From Aplysia californica (lineage: Eukaryota), in contig NW_004797385.1 in assembly GCF_000002075.1 (NCBI RefSeq), positions 658,512-722,511 on the forward strand: a DNA stretch of 64,000 bases, read 5' to 3'. Positions within the stretch are counted from its first letter, which is position 1. Each line of letters begins with the position of its first letter. The notes below the pieces were generated by a model. The model was not told where the DNA came from, did no database searches, and worked only from the letters and a program-made list of their open reading frames with translations. The position numbers and the translations under genes are program-made. Shown here piece after piece: positions 22,501-37,500 of the stretch.

Positions 22501-25500
22501 CATCACATATGATTCATCGCGCACTTTTATAATTTTTTACCCATTGTATATCTAGGTCTCTTTTGTATATTTTTGTAGAAAGCGTACATTAGAAAAATCA
22601 GGATAAAAAATTTGAGACAAATAAACACACACACACAGAGACACACACTGGCACACACACACACACGCAAACACATGCACGACACACACACACAGTCTCT
22701 CCCTGTGCACCTCCACTATATATTACCTGAGAACTTTGACTTTGAAGGTAGAAAGAAAAAGTGTGGATTGATGTTATAAGAAATTTAATGAGAGATTTAT
22801 TGTGTGAGACTCATAAAGTCATCCAAGGCTCAGGAACTGATTATCATGCCTCAGACATTTGAAAAGAAAACTCAGAGACAAGAAGCAGACGTAGCGCTAT
22901 GAAAATATTTACCTATTTCAAAATTTGTTTTTTGTTTTAAATCTGCATTTCAGGTGTTGAGCCTTCAACTAAATTATACAACATGAAATTGAAAGCTTTC
23001 GGTGGTAATAGCAAGCGCTTTGAACCACTTGAGGAACTGACCCATATGAAATCTCTTGGACTGAATCCAGATAAGGTACACTGACCCGTAGATCATTTCT
23101 GCATATATCCCGATTAATTTATGGTTGTTTTCAAGAATTCCCGAGCTGAAATTTTGGGATTGTATGGAAAGCATTTATTAATTGCTATTCTTGTAATGTG
23201 TTTACAGTTACATTTCTTTTTGCGAAAAGGGAACTTCCTGGGTGTACTCTAGGGATTAAATTCAAACACCTTTCTGTATGTGCTCTTTTGTTAAAAAGGT
23301 GATATAGTGTTGTCTTTGGTAATTTGTTTAAAGCATTTGTGTCACAACGCAGTGGAATCAGGCGCTCGTCAATTTTTGGGAATGTGGAGTTATTGGTACC
23401 ATCTGAAAGCTGACTTATTTGTCTTGCTTCCAATGAAATAGATATCCATCTATCTTGAATAGAAATCGAGATATTTGTGATTGAAGGAAGTGAAGTCGAC
23501 TGGTTAGCGAGAAAATGGCCACCAAAATTTGGTAACTCCAATAGCTAAAGTGTCCTTGAAAACAGAAAAATGACATATTTTGTGCCTTTAATCAATGTTT
23601 TTCAGTAAAATTCTCACGCAAATGTGTTTTTATATGGACATAAAAGAGGTTGCGTCAAAAGTAAAAATTTGATAAAAATTTCCAAACTGGCAGAAAAATG
23701 CCTGTATCTCTGTTATCTGAATTTTGATGTGCCTCTGATTTCACCACGCTGCCTTACATTTGTTTTTGGTGTAAGTTTGATGTTTAGTTTTGAGAGTAAC
23801 TGACATGCGAGTTGGCTGTAAAAAAAAATGCCTGGTTTCTAATCCAAAGAAAATGTTCGTTTTCGGAGAATAAAATTCAGATAAGGAAGTCATCCCCACA
23901 ATTTTGTTGAGCTTCATAAATTGTATTCTTTCAGGTCTTGTCCATCTACTTCCCTCATATACCTCTCTATAAAAAATCACCATAACTTGATTTTCTGTCT
24001 TAATGTAATCTTCCTTGTGCAAACAAAGCTGAGGAACCAAGACCTATTTGAAAGTCTTCATTGCTGAACTCTGGATTTTTAGCAGCATTGTAGCTCCTTT
24101 AAAGTGTTTGTTAATGATTTTTATAAATGTAATAATACATAAATGTAATGTATCTGCCCTTATTATGTTGCAGGTAACCTATGGGCTTCTTGTGGAGGGA
24201 TTCTGTCAGAACGGAGACATTGCTGGAGCACAGTAAGTCATTTTCATTATTTCTTTTCATATTCAAAACGTTTTGTTTTATTTTTGTTTTCACTTATACA
24301 TTCAAGACTTTTCTTTTTTTCTTTTATTAACTGATATACGACTGTGACTGTCATTCATGAGCGGATAAAAGTAGAAAGTGTTTCCATTTGTTATTAAAAT
24401 GCTACATTGTATTCAGTGTGAGAAAACCGGTTGTCTGGAAATTGTCCCTCGTTTCTGTAATTTTTATTTAGATAAAAATTTGATAACATACTGATGTGAG
24501 TAATAAGTGTGCTCCTGAGATATGATTTTTGAATCACATCAATGGTTAATATATTTTTGCTTTTTAGAGAATTTCTAGTGCAGTGTGTTGATAGATTGGC
24601 GTATTTTTTTCATTTGGGGTGGGGGGGGGGGGGTTGTTTTGTGTTTTTTATGCATTAGTTTGGACACCAGGATATTTTTTGGGTACTCTTAGTTTTTATG
24701 TTTTTGAGAAAAATTTTCCTTTTCTCTTGAATGATGCAAAAACAAGTCTTTTGAAAATGTGTAAGTCACCCTTAAAGAATTTGTAGTAGATTTTTTAGTG
24801 GTCGATATTGTTAAGGTAATTCAAATTGATTAAAGTATTTGAATGTTTGGGTCTCTTAATATTCCTTTTGCATTTTAAGAAGCTGAACTGGTTTTCCTTT
24901 TTTCAATATTGAAGCTTGCTTTGTTTGCAGTCTTGTGTTAGAAGCTATGAAGGAGGCGCGGCTACTACTTGGTGTCAACATTTTCAACTCATTCATCACT
25001 GGTCATTTCAAGGCAGGGTAAGCTCTTCTCTCCCACAGTGTTTTCATTTATGGCTGAAGGTTTTACTCTGTCATTATTCTATTGCGGGTGACTTAGGAAA
25101 GCAGATTGAGTGTAAATGGGCGGGATTTAGATTTGGCCTTGTGGTCAGTCCTGCAATTCGTTGGATTTTCTAGTGCATGTTGTTAAAATAATAACATCAA
25201 GAATACGTTATCTTGAAATGTGTTGGTATGTGGTAGATTAATGACAAGTGTGTGACTTATTGTTGCTGCTGTGAGAAAAAAGAAAGTCCAATCAATTTTT
25301 TTTTACTCACCCTGTGAAGCAGATTCAAATCATGTTTCTCATTTTTCTTTCAACAGGAATATTATCTGATACTTTCTGTTTCATGCAAATTGCAGTATCA
25401 TATATAAATGTAACACTTTTTTTGTAGTCAATTCTGAGTTGAGAATATTAGTTCCTATAAGGATATACAGTCGAACCTGCCTTGACGGCCACCTGTACAA

Positions 25501-28500
25501 ACAGACACTTCCCATTTCCCCCCATGTGTTTTTCTATAATTTAACTGTGTAAAACGGGTACCTGTCCAATGCGGCGGCGGCCACCGTATATTAACACACA
25601 ACCCCTATCACACCAAGCAATAACACCTGTCTTAGACGGCCACCTTAGTGAATCCATTACGTTTTGTCATAAATCATGCACTGGCCCCTGGCATTGTGGG
25701 CAAGCCATCAATCCAATCACCTGTCATTGTTGTTAGGTAGTCCCTCCAACCGATCATGTTGCGTAGACCCCTCCTATTGTTGACCAATAGGTAACAAATT
25801 TTCAGCTGCTGGTGAGGTAAGCGTGTGATCCTTCATAACCCATAAGCCCCGCCCAGAACTCATACACAAATCGTAAGTGAGATGAGTGGTCACTGTTTAC
25901 CCAGTCTGTAACAAAGTAATGATGGACGTCAACATGAACTTGTGGCAGAAGCGTCGCTCGTTCTCTGAGTGGTGGCGACCCATGTCTTTGTTTTACCGTA
26001 GCACTCGGCCCTCCTTGTCTGATACATTTAGTTTTATTGTCACCCTTTCACAAAAGCAGCAACAACATTTTAAAAAAATTTTTTTAACCCAGCAACAACA
26101 ACAATGCGGCTACCTTCTGTTGGGACCTCAGAAAGGAATGGTTTGTTTTCTTCATCTTGATCAGTCCTGCCTAAGACGGCCACCTGTCTTATAGGGGTGG
26201 CTGTCTTACACAGGTTCGACTGTATCCTCATTGAATTTTATTTTGGTGAAGACTTGTTTAACTCAAACTGGCTGTTTTTTGTTTCAGATCACCAGAAGAT
26301 GCACTTGGTGTTATTGATCTTTTAAAGTAAGTTTTGAAGTCCTGATGGAACTGAGAATTAAAAGAAAAGATTTATGTCATAACTCTGTTGGGTTTTTTTC
26401 TTCTTACTCAGGAAAAGCTGACTGTAGATCCTCCAACCCAAAGTGCCACTTGAATTTAGATTCTTCACCAGCGTAACAAATAAAGAGTAGTATTTATGAG
26501 CTGTCAGCCATTCTGAACCATGTGTCATTTTCATATCATGCTTTTCATGTTCAACACATCCGTGCTGTTGTTCAGGGTTGGTGATTTTTTTGATTTTTTA
26601 AATAAAAATTTTTTAAATCGATTTTTTAAATTTAAATCAGATTTTTTAAATTTAAATCGGATTTTTTTGATTTTTTTAAAAATGTCGACTCAGTTTGGGA
26701 TTTTTGGTGGCTAAAAGTATGTTCTTCTAGTGCAAATTGCATATTGTCTTTATTTTAACTAATGATTAATTTAAGCAACTGCAAAAGAAAGCCTTAATCT
26801 GCTATATCAGTGAATTATGGCTACAGACAAAAAATGAAGAAAATGTAAGTCCAAAAGGAGGGGGGGGGGGGGTAATTATGCATAGACAAACTTGCATTTT
26901 ATTTCAGTGTGTGTGTGTGTGTGTGTGTGCGCGCTTGTGTTTGTCTAAAAAGAAAAAGAAAATGCTAATTTCAATTATGAAAAAAAAGTAAATTGAATAC
27001 TGTATTATTTTACAGTAACAGGGGGGAAAGCAGACTTTTAAGCATGATTATATTAGTCTACTAAACCTTATATCTGTTTTATAAAACCATGAAAGGAAGT
27101 CTGAATGTTTAAAGATGTCAGAATACTTTTTTTTTTAAAGTGATTTAAATCACTGAGTTTTATTTTTTAAATGAAGTTGATTTAAATTTTTTAAAATCAG
27201 ACCTGATTTAAATCAACCCAACCCTGATTTCAATTCTGAAAAAAAAGTAAATTGAATACTGTATTATTTTACAGTGGCAGGGGGGAAAGCAGACTTTTAA
27301 GCATGATTATATTAGTCTTCTAAACCTTATATCTGTTTAATAGAACCAAGAAAAGGAATTTTGAATGTTTAAATATGTAAAAACTGAATACATTTTTTAA
27401 AAAGTGATTTAAAACTGATTTTAAAAAATCAAGTTGATTAAAATTTTAAAAATCAACTGATTTAAATCAACCCAACTCTGATTTCAATTATGGAAAAAAA
27501 AAGTAAATTGAATACTGTATTATTTTACAGAAAGCAGACTTTTAAGCATGATTATATTAGTCTACTAAACCTTATATCTGTTTTATGAAACCAAGGAAAG
27601 GAATTCTGAATGTTGAAATAGGTAAAAACTGAACAAAAATAAATTTTTTAAAAAGTGATTTAAATCACTGATTTTTATTTAAAAAATTAAGTTGATTTCA
27701 ATTTTAAAAATCAACTGATTTAAATCAACCCAACCCTGCTGTTGTTATAAAATACTGTGCTGCCATTACAAAGAGAATATTGTGGTATTGTCGGGGAATG
27801 TCATATTGTTTGAGCTGTCCTTAGATTTGAGTTTTGCAGGTTTGAGTTATCTTTGCAAGACTAGTTAACTGTGCACTTGCCATATCAAGTTTCTCACTGA
27901 TTTTCAAGAATGCTGTTGATAGGGAATAAGTGTATGTTACTCTTGTAATAACTGAAAAATGTAAATGCTTTGCCTTATCCCCAAAGCTTTTCATTATAAT
28001 TGCAATGTGACCAATTATTTTAAAGAAGTGCTAATACAGGAGGGGGGGGGGGGGGGGTATCAAACCTGATCATGTCTTGGATGCTTTGTCGAAAGTGTAT
28101 GTTTCTGAGTCATGGTTCCATTTTCCTTTTCTTTGTGCTCCTCCAGATCCAGGGGTCTGTCTCCGAGTGCAGACACTTTCTTAAGGTTTGCAGAACACTA
28201 TGCAGAAGAAGGAGATCTGAGTTCAGTTCAGAAGGTATTTGTCTTCGCTGTTGTACTTGTATTTTTGTTGTACTTGTAACCATGTGTGCCTATGAGTCTG
28301 GCAAGAAATATAAAAAAAACCCAACATTTTCACTCTTCAAAGTATTTCATGTTTCATATCATTTAATGAGGGTCTTTTTTAAAGAGACATATTGACTACT
28401 ATCTCTTCAGCATATTCTTGTATGTATGTGTGTATGTCTGGAGAAAGCTCCAGTTGTCGGCAGAGACATTTTTAAGCTAGAATTTCATGCACTTTTTTAA

Positions 28501-31500
28501 TGTATTTCATAATTTTATGCAGAAAATAGACATGTTGTCAACTGTCCCCATTTCAGATTTTTTTTTTTACAGTCACTGCTTTTATTTAAATTGTTTCCTT
28601 TCAACAAAACTGCAACTTGAAGCAATTTTTCAATCTCATTGTGGTCAAAGACAGAAAACCAAACAGTAAAAATATGCCTAAGAAGTAAGGATGAGAGTAC
28701 ATTACTTTGCAGGTTGCTTGCAAATGTGGCCATTGTATTCAGCTACGTTCATGATGAATATATCACATGGTATAAAGTTTTGCAAAAGTACTTTTTCTTC
28801 TTTGCATGTAGAACTGGATTGTTGTGAAATAAAACAAGGATGTTTCGTGATATCTTTTTCATCAGGGTTTGATTTCCTCTTTTTTTCTGTTTTAGTACAT
28901 AAGTGATGCAGATGAGCAAGGGACACCACTGTCCCATATCATGCTGCTTGACCTGTACAAGATGTTTGTCTCGTCTGGTCACTCCACTCAAGCTCAGGAG
29001 GTGAGTCACTTTGTCTTGGACTTACTGTCTTTCTTGGTGTCTTCGTAAAGTACGTACATTATTCCTGTTCTTAACGCCCGAACTGCATGACCATCAATAA
29101 TTAGTTCTTCCTGTTACTTCTATATCTTTGACAACTCTTAGATCGCCAATTGGAGCCCACAAGCTTTTTTTGCACCTAGCATGATAGAGACAGTTTCCCC
29201 AGCACTGGACTACACAGACAAAATGCAGTTCAAAACTGGGACTAGTACTATATGTACTACACACCATCATCTCTGGAGACAAGTGGATGCCAATAATAGT
29301 ATATTGACAGAGAATGATGGAAGAATACCTCAGGTATTCCTCGTCATTGCTTTGAGGGGACGAGCACAAGGCAGTGGAATTAATCAGAATAATCCCATTA
29401 ATCCCATTATTTGAGTATTAGAGGGGGATCAATATTTATGTTTTCATCTTGATACCAGAATGTAGAGAAACATTTAAGCCTGCTTTCTATTTTCGGGGCG
29501 TTTTTTAAGGGGGTGTCAATACCATGGCTTCACTCCCCCTAATGTTTTTTGGAGGGTTGTCTTTAATGGACCCTCTTGATGTTTCATTGGATGTCTCTTG
29601 ATGTTTTGTTGAATGTGCCTCTTTTGGCAGAACGTGTCTCTTTCGGCACTGTGTTTTATAGATGAATGTAGCTGAATTCTATTCATTTTAACTCTCTTTT
29701 GTGGCTGTATCTGTTGCCTGGCATGAGGACGTCAATAATCTGATCTCCTGTGACTGACAAATAAATAAGTCTTCTTGCATTTCGGGTTTTCAGTTCTTGG
29801 GTCTAATTTCTGGGCGTGGAGTCTTTCGCAACAACTCCCTCCAGAAGTCATGCCAGCTTATTGCCGAGGGTTATGCCCAGGAGGGCATGCAGCTCTACAT
29901 GATGATGCCCAAAGTGGAGGACTTTAAGGCCGCGGTGCACGCTGGCAGTTTCTTGCTGAAGGCCATGGTCATCAATGGTTATGTATGTTGACAATTTTTT
30001 TTTTTCCAATTTTGCAAGTTGTGGGATAACTAACCATTAGTTATTCACTATAGGCTCAGATTTCCTGTACTATCGATAAATACTGGGCTAATTGTACTTT
30101 GGTAGCAAGTAGCACTGTGAATGGTTTTGTTATTTAATATTTACTGTTTTTGTTAATTTAAAAAAAAATTGTTTTCTCTCCTCAGTTTGGTTTGTCAGCA
30201 TGTCATGAAGTCTTGAAACACAATTNNNNNNNNNNNNNNNNNNNNNNNNNNNNNNNNNNNNNNNNNNNNNNNNNNNNNNNNNNNNNNNNNNNNNNNNNNN
30301 NNNNNNNNNNNNNNNNNNNNNNNNNNNNNNNNNNNNNNNNNNNNNNNNNNNNNNNNNNNNNNNNNNNNNNNNNNNNNNNNNNNNNNNNNNNNNNNNNNNN
30401 NNNNNNNNNNNNNNNNNNNNNNNNNNNNNNNNNNNNNNNNNNNNNNNNNNNNNNNNNNNNNNNNNNNNNNNNNNNNNNNNNNNNNNNNNNNNNNNNNNNN
30501 NNNNNNNNNNNNNNNNNNNNNNNNNNNNNNNNNNNNNNNNNNNNNNNNNNNNNNNNNNNNNNNNNNNNNNNNNNNNNNNNNNNNNNNNNNNCAACATTTC
30601 AATATTTTGATGGTAATGTGAAGCACTCTGGCATTTATGGGACATTTGCTTGTTTTTTTTCTGTCTTATTCTGACTTAGTGTCATTGACAACAACTAATT
30701 GTGAATAATTCCCCTGCCAGAGTGCGGAGTCTGTGATGGAGATGGCGGACAATCTTGTTGAGTTCAACCCAGGATCTTTGGCTCACAGGAATGCGCTATT
30801 GTATGCGTACAAGGCAGACAGAGCAGGTGATGATTGCAAATGTTTGTCCTTGCAATAATTTAGTCACGTAGGAAATGGGCTGCTCTGAGCCTGTCTATTG
30901 GGGCCATCCTCTAGCTAAATGGGAAATGCAACCCAAGCATACAGGCAGAGATACTCAATAAAATAACTATGCCATTTGGGAATTCAACTCACATCTTCTG
31001 CCTGCAGTAGCAAAGGGCTAAACACAACGCACTACGTGGATACTGAACAGATTGAAATGTACTCATATTATTTATTTTGTTTGCATGATAGAGATTTGTC
31101 TTCAAGAACTTTTTAAAGAGATAAGTTACTTACTTGGGTTTCCCGGCTATGTTTCCCAGTCCTTTCACATATCGTGGTATGACACAAAAGGTGCATGTGT
31201 GATAATCAAAGTTGTTGTTGGGATGCTAATGGTGCCTAATCGTTGCTGCTGGTGCCCTCGTCTGGCTTTTTAAGTTCTGCTTCAGTGTGAAACACTGAAA
31301 ATGATTTGCCTTAGCATCAAGCGATTATGCCATTCCTTATTAATGAGGTTTCTTCATAGTTTCAAAATGGGAAAAGCAACGGAATGGAGCAGATTTTTTT
31401 CACATATCAAACAAACATGAACTGATAATGTGGTCTCCTCTCTTATTTAATGTGTTTCTCTTTTTCAGACTTGGCTGTACAGCTCATAGAGCTAATGCTG

Positions 31501-34500
31501 TCTAAGGTCAGTAACTAAATGTACCATTTGTTGATGGTCTTTTCCTTTTGCTTAGTGGCTGTTATAGATATTAGTGTGTTATAATTATGCCTCAGGTCAT
31601 GCTTAAGTCTATTTCAAATTGACCCACCATTTCTTTTCTTTCCCATGATGACCAACCACATATCATGAAAAAGGGTAGATGTAGTGACAAATATTCAAGT
31701 TGTAACAAAGGGCTCATGACTTAGTCCTGATTGAGTTTAAGATGCAGAATTTGGCAGATTTTGTGGGCAGTTGGAGGATGCCACTAATGGGTCCTGCATC
31801 TGACGTTTCTTTCTATGATTCTGCTTAGCATGTTTTGTTTTTTCCCAGTGCTGCTAAATGAACGTTATGTGGGTGGTTGGCGAGTGCTCTGGTGTGGTTT
31901 GCTTCTTCTTTCCTGTCTAACGTCTATCGTCTTTATCTCCCCTCCTTCTTGTTTGTGTTTGTTACTCTCTTGTAACACCTCTAATCTTCAGCACTTATGT
32001 GACCTTATTGTGTTGCAAGTGCCGTAGAACACTTACTAAAACTAAAATGAACGTTATTGTGCAGAAGTGCTTCTTTTTACTGAAACAAAAAACAAAGGAA
32101 GATTTTTTTTCTTTATAACCTAGTCTATGATAAATGGATTTAACCATGATCAAAGCTTGTGGACGATGTGTTGACAGGGAGGTTATGAGCTGAGAATTTT
32201 GTAGGTAGTTTGTGGGTTTTGTGGTGTAATTTACTCTTTTAACTTTGTTTTACTTTTTCTGTTATGTTGATCTGTTTCTTCTGGGAACATGTTGCTTGTA
32301 TATTGTGCTGATTTGTGAAATGTTTGAACTCGGTTGATGCTACTTTAATAAGTATCATGAAAGTGAAACTTACCACACGTCATCATATTTCCATTTCTTT
32401 TTGTTTGGTGCCTGATCTTCTGGCAGATGGTTGTTGCGTGTCGTTAGTAGGTCCTGCTTCTTTTCTTTTCCTCTGATGTTTCTGTCTGTTTTACTTTTTT
32501 CCCTCTTGCATTTAAAGACCAATAAAAGACATTGATCAGAGTCTTGACTTGACCCTCCTCCGAGTCTCTCGACTCACAAGTGACAAACAACTGTATCTCC
32601 CGAAGACACTCAGTGATACTGACAGAAAGAAGAAGTGAAGTAAAAAAGAAAAGTTAAATTGCCAATACTGTGTTGATGTTCCTCTCTTACTCAGACAAAT
32701 CTTCATCCTGTGCAGGTGGTTGATGAATTCACTGATGTGGTCTGCTTCTTATGCATCTTGTTCAGTGTTGCAGTTTTCCTGGATTATTCTACTCCCTGAC
32801 AAACATGTAGCCATTGTCTGTGGAACGTGCTGTTGACCGCAACTCAGTGTATGACATTTAATTGAGTGTCCTCCCTGGCATGAAAATGATACTCTTTGAC
32901 TTTCTACCTGTCTCTTCCTATCTTGCATTTCCTGTTTTTTTCTTTTGACCACTCCCCAGAACCATACCCTGAAGGTACCACATTTCATCCCAGCTGTGTG
33001 CTATTACAGAAACCAGGGGGATGCAGCCGGTAGGTTTCCACTCATGGGGGTACTTGGCTGAGGCTATAGGGCTAATGGGGCTCAATAAAAAAATTACTTT
33101 TTTTTACCAATGAAACCGTGGCTTAAAAGTGGATATTATATTGTTTGTAAAGTATGTGGCGTGAATTTAGGTTAACGACTTATCTCCTGCAAGCATCTTT
33201 TAGCAGCTCAGTCACATTCCTTTATGATGGCGATGGCGTTATATAATTTTTTGACAGGTCTCTCTTACTGTGAGTTCTTTCATAAGACAAAGAACTATCA
33301 AAATAGGTTCATTTAAAAAAATTTAATGACCAATTTAGTGACATGTATGTCTCTTTCAAGTTTGATACCAAAAGAGGGTTTCGGCATAGTGGGAAACCCC
33401 CTCCAGAGAAAAAGGGTTAGTGCAGAGGGGTAATATATGCCATTATTTATGTCTGTAATGATAAGTATTGTTTTTACTTTTATACAACTTTATTTTCAAA
33501 CATTTTGCTCTGTTGTACTTTGAATTTATCCTCATACAAAAATGCAGACATTCTTATTATTTATGTATGGTTTCTTAGGTGCATACAAAGTGACGTCAAT
33601 GCTGATGGACTTGGATGCCAGTGATGCCATCGATGACACTGTGGAACAACTTCTGAACTGCTTTTACCCGGCTTTGCTAGAGCTGGGCCAGTCCAGGGAA
33701 GATATCTTAAATAATACAAAGGTTAGCTTTTTGTTCTTCCTCTACTTCTGTCATTTTCTTTATATCATCCTTGTCACCAAGAAAAAAGACAAAACGATGC
33801 CTCAAGTAATTCCAATAATAAAACTCATCCTCTAAAGAAGGTGCAAAAGTTACTAATTTTTGTTGAAACAGCAACAGTTTGTCAGCTGTTGTTTGTTACT
33901 AAGCAGGTCTTACTTCATTGATGATCCAACATGAGCTAAAGGGTATAAAAAGCTCATGCGCAACTGGATAGATTACTACAGTAATCAATAACATTGTTTG
34001 AATATTTATTACTGTATTTGTTGGATTTTGGTTGAGATTGTTATAAAGTTACTGTTTTAATCTATAAAAATCTGAATGTGTTATTACAAAGTCAAAAGTG
34101 TTACTGATAAGCTATTTTAGTATAGGTGATGTAATAATAATCTAAAACAACTGTAATAATAGATAACATTTGCATAGTTTTATTCGTGCTCAAAAGTAGG
34201 CTCTATGCTCTTTACGATTTATTTTTTTCTTGACAGACCCTATGGCATCCTGAAACATTAAAAATTCTCTTGGAAGCATTCAGAGCAGGTTGCCATTTTC
34301 AGGCTCTCAAGCACTAACATACTGACAAGATCTTTCTCGTTCTCTATCAAAGACCCTTCTCACCAGGGTGAAGTAAGGATAATGATGTGTAAAGTACTGT
34401 ATCTTCCCTGAGGACCTTACACTTTGAGTGCAGCAACCTGTCCCATAGACAACCAACACAGCAGCATTTTGTCAACTTCCTCATTATGTACTACAGCTTG

Positions 34501-37500
34501 TTATCATACTGTCTTTAACACATCTGTTTTGTTTTTTGTTTTCTTTCTTTCTTTCATGAAGGGAAAGGAAAAGACTTGGCGCTCTATCTTTTTTCTCCGT
34601 GACCTACAGAAAGAGGGTGCCGAAGAAGCTTTGAAAAATGGTACAAAGTTTCACGTTGTTTGTGTACAATTTCTGTGGTGCTTGTAATTAGACCTGCTTA
34701 GTTTAGATTCTTCATCATCATTGCCTTTCTCACCCTGCATCAGGGTATAGGCCACGGACAAACACCCTCCACTTTTCTCTATCCTGGGCTAGCCTCTTGA
34801 TGTTATTCCATGTCTTCCCACTTTTCTGTACATCGATTTCTGTGATTCTTTTCCAAGTTCCATGAGGTCTTCCCCTTGATCTCTTGCCCTGTGGATTCCA
34901 ATTCAAAACTTTCTTTGTTATGCAGCTGCCTGACTTCCTGAGAGTATGTCCAATCCATCGCCACCGCCTTCTTCCTACCTCATATCTGACTGGGATCTAT
35001 CTTGTTTTCTTTAACACTTCCACATTGGTGACCCTGTCTGTCCATCTGATCCTCAGTAACTTTCTTAGACACCTTAGATTCTTATTTCTAGTTAATTTTG
35101 CTTTGATTGTGTAACTGCTTATAAAATTCTAAAATTTACTGTAAATATTAATTTTTTAAAGTGATCTGCTTTTTAGTGGTAAAATGATCCTCATTTACAA
35201 TTGCTCATGTATAGCATTATCTTTCACAGACAGAACTCACAAAATATAAACAATAGGAATTTTTGTTTTGCCCTTTCCAGTGTAGCCACCATTGTTTTGT
35301 AATACCTGTGAAGTTTGCAGTTTATCTTTCTGAGACTTGGGACTGTGGTGTTCAACAAATCAGTTTAACCAGGTGTGTTGCTTTTTGGGGGGGGGTTTAT
35401 TTTCTATTATCACCCTTTTTTCTCTTTGAATAATTTCAGCTGAGGGTAAGGACTTAGACCCGGATGTGTTCAAGTACTACAACTTTTCCTCCATCATCAC
35501 CCAGAGGCTGCCCCAGGAGTGGGCTCAGTGTGTCGATGTAAGGCATGGCTTTATTTAACATTCATTAGACTTTAAATTTGTTTTGCATAAATGGCTGGTT
35601 GAGATAAATTAATGTGTGAGTTAGATTTGTTTTATGTCAATTAATATCACAGACCAAAGGTACGAGTTTTTGCAGTGATTGTTGTCGATAGGAGTAACAT
35701 CATTTTTGTCTGTATTCTCATTACATCATACATATTATTATAATCAAGGTGTAAATGTACCCTGTAAAAGTAAATGATGAGCTGGATTGTTACGGGATGT
35801 TCATTTATACCAGAACCCTCCCACTCCCTNNNNNNNNNNNNNNNNNNNNNNNNNNNNNNNNNNNNNNNNNNNNNNNNNNNNNNNNNNNNNNNNNNNNNNN
35901 NNNNNNNNNNNNNNNNNNNNNNNNNNNNNNNNNNNNNNNNNNNNNNNNNNNNNNNNNNNNNNNNNNNNNNNNNNNNNNNNNNNNNNNNNNNNNNNNNNNN
36001 NNTTCTTGAATTTGTTGAGTCTCATGCTCAGTCTTTTCTTCCATATATGATCTGTCTGTAGTCTTGTAAAGGATACTATAAGCAACAAATGTGTGTCTAT
36101 TGCTTTTGCCTTCTGTGATTTTATGATCCACTTAAACGATTTCCCATTTCAAATAAGTACCTTTACCGCTCTCTTAAAATCTTTTTGAATGTGTTTGAAT
36201 TGTTTCTATTTGTATTATTTTCCTTCTTTTTTTTTCAAAATATAATAACCCAGTTTGAATCTTTCATATATGTGAGATGTTTTCCTTTTTGTTTTCAAAA
36301 TGTAAAAAGCATGCTTTTTACTAGACCAAGAACAAGCCCTTTTCAGGCATTGTTTTTGAATTTTTCCTTTCAAGGTACTGGAGTTTTTGGCGAAGATTCC
36401 CGGTATTGATAAAGGTTTGGTGTTGAGTAAAAATGAGGCTGTGGTGAGACAGCTTCTGTTCCACGGTGACCAGGAGATTCTGGCCAAAGGCCTGACCACC
36501 ATGAAAGACAAGGTAAGCCTGGGCGAGAATGAATGAAACCTGAGCTTAGATGTGAGAACTTTACGTCAGAGCAAGTTCGGTCATCAAGATGCAGTACTTG
36601 TTAATGTATGAGATGTGGGTTTATAATGCTCGGGAAATTTTGTATAACGTTTCTTCTCGTGCTTGATTAAGAAAGGTTATCTTTTCTGAACTTATGTCAT
36701 GACTTTTTGTTGAAGAAAAGTTAGAGAAGCAGCATTTTGTCATAGTAGTTTAGTTCGTTTCAAATGTATTGTCTACGTGTACGATATTACAGAATGTTTT
36801 TGTTTTATCTTTATATGCTTTATTTATATTTTTTAGGGAAAATGATTGTTTTTGTTTTGGTATTCTCAAAGAGGCAGGTGGAAGATATACACATTGATAA
36901 TTTTAGCAATTTACCACGCGGAAATGAGAGTTGTATCTCCAACAGATGTTGGTTTTTTTCTTCTAGAGAAGCTATAAACTCTTTTAAAAATTTCCACAAT
37001 GAGTTTGTCAAATACTGAATTATATGGTATTGATGTTACCTTTTTTCCCTTCAATATCTGTTCATATGGTTTGTTCTGCTGTTTACTGTGATATAGATAA
37101 CTATTAATTGCTGGCCTTTTTATATAAGAGTATGAGAGCAATATTTTCCAGGCGCAAAAAAAATGGTGTGTCACAGATATTGAAAGCTATCTTGATTGTT
37201 TAAAGTGACACAATGAAGGGGTTTGAGGGTCAGCTGAGTATTGAAGTTGATGTTGGACTTGCATTCAAATTTTTTTTAAAATTTAGCGCATTTTCTTTTC
37301 TCTTTGTGCCAGAACCTGAGGCTGAGGCAAAGATTTCTGCAGATCAAGTCTCTGACGGGGATGCCTGAGGAAATACAGATGGTAACGGTCCTGGCTTGGT
37401 GCTAGTGTTCTCTACATGAAACTGTGTCTTTATATTTGTAGAATGACTGAATGTTGTGTTGCTGTTTATGCAGTGCACATAGTTTTTAGAATAATTGAAT

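Larger units (their letters stand above)
17762..24669. repeat. 3404-bp direct duplication (17762-21165 = 21266-24669) across a 100-N gap; probable assembly artefact
   Basis: Identical ORF track at offset 3504; no differences seen at the sites compared, including the G13 run; both copies abut the gap. Confidence 0.9.

Noticed and set aside
21266-24669. Real exon duplication expanding the PPR array
   Set aside because: Apparently identical copies flank a 100-N placeholder gap and the phases are incompatible
30130-30674. Long ORFs in the track spanning N runs (also 21081-21347 and 35755-36131)
   Set aside because: Artefacts of translating gaps; the exon chain stays in phase across the gaps at 30.2-30.6 and 35.8-36.0 kb
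31645-31730. Intronic C/D box snoRNA (ATGATGA...CTGA)
   Set aside because: No terminal stem and no recognisable rRNA or snRNA antisense element; expected by chance
32695-32715. 21-nt microexon TNLHPVQ
   Set aside because: Weak donor (gtggtt), and exons 12 and 13 align to LRPPRC without an insertion
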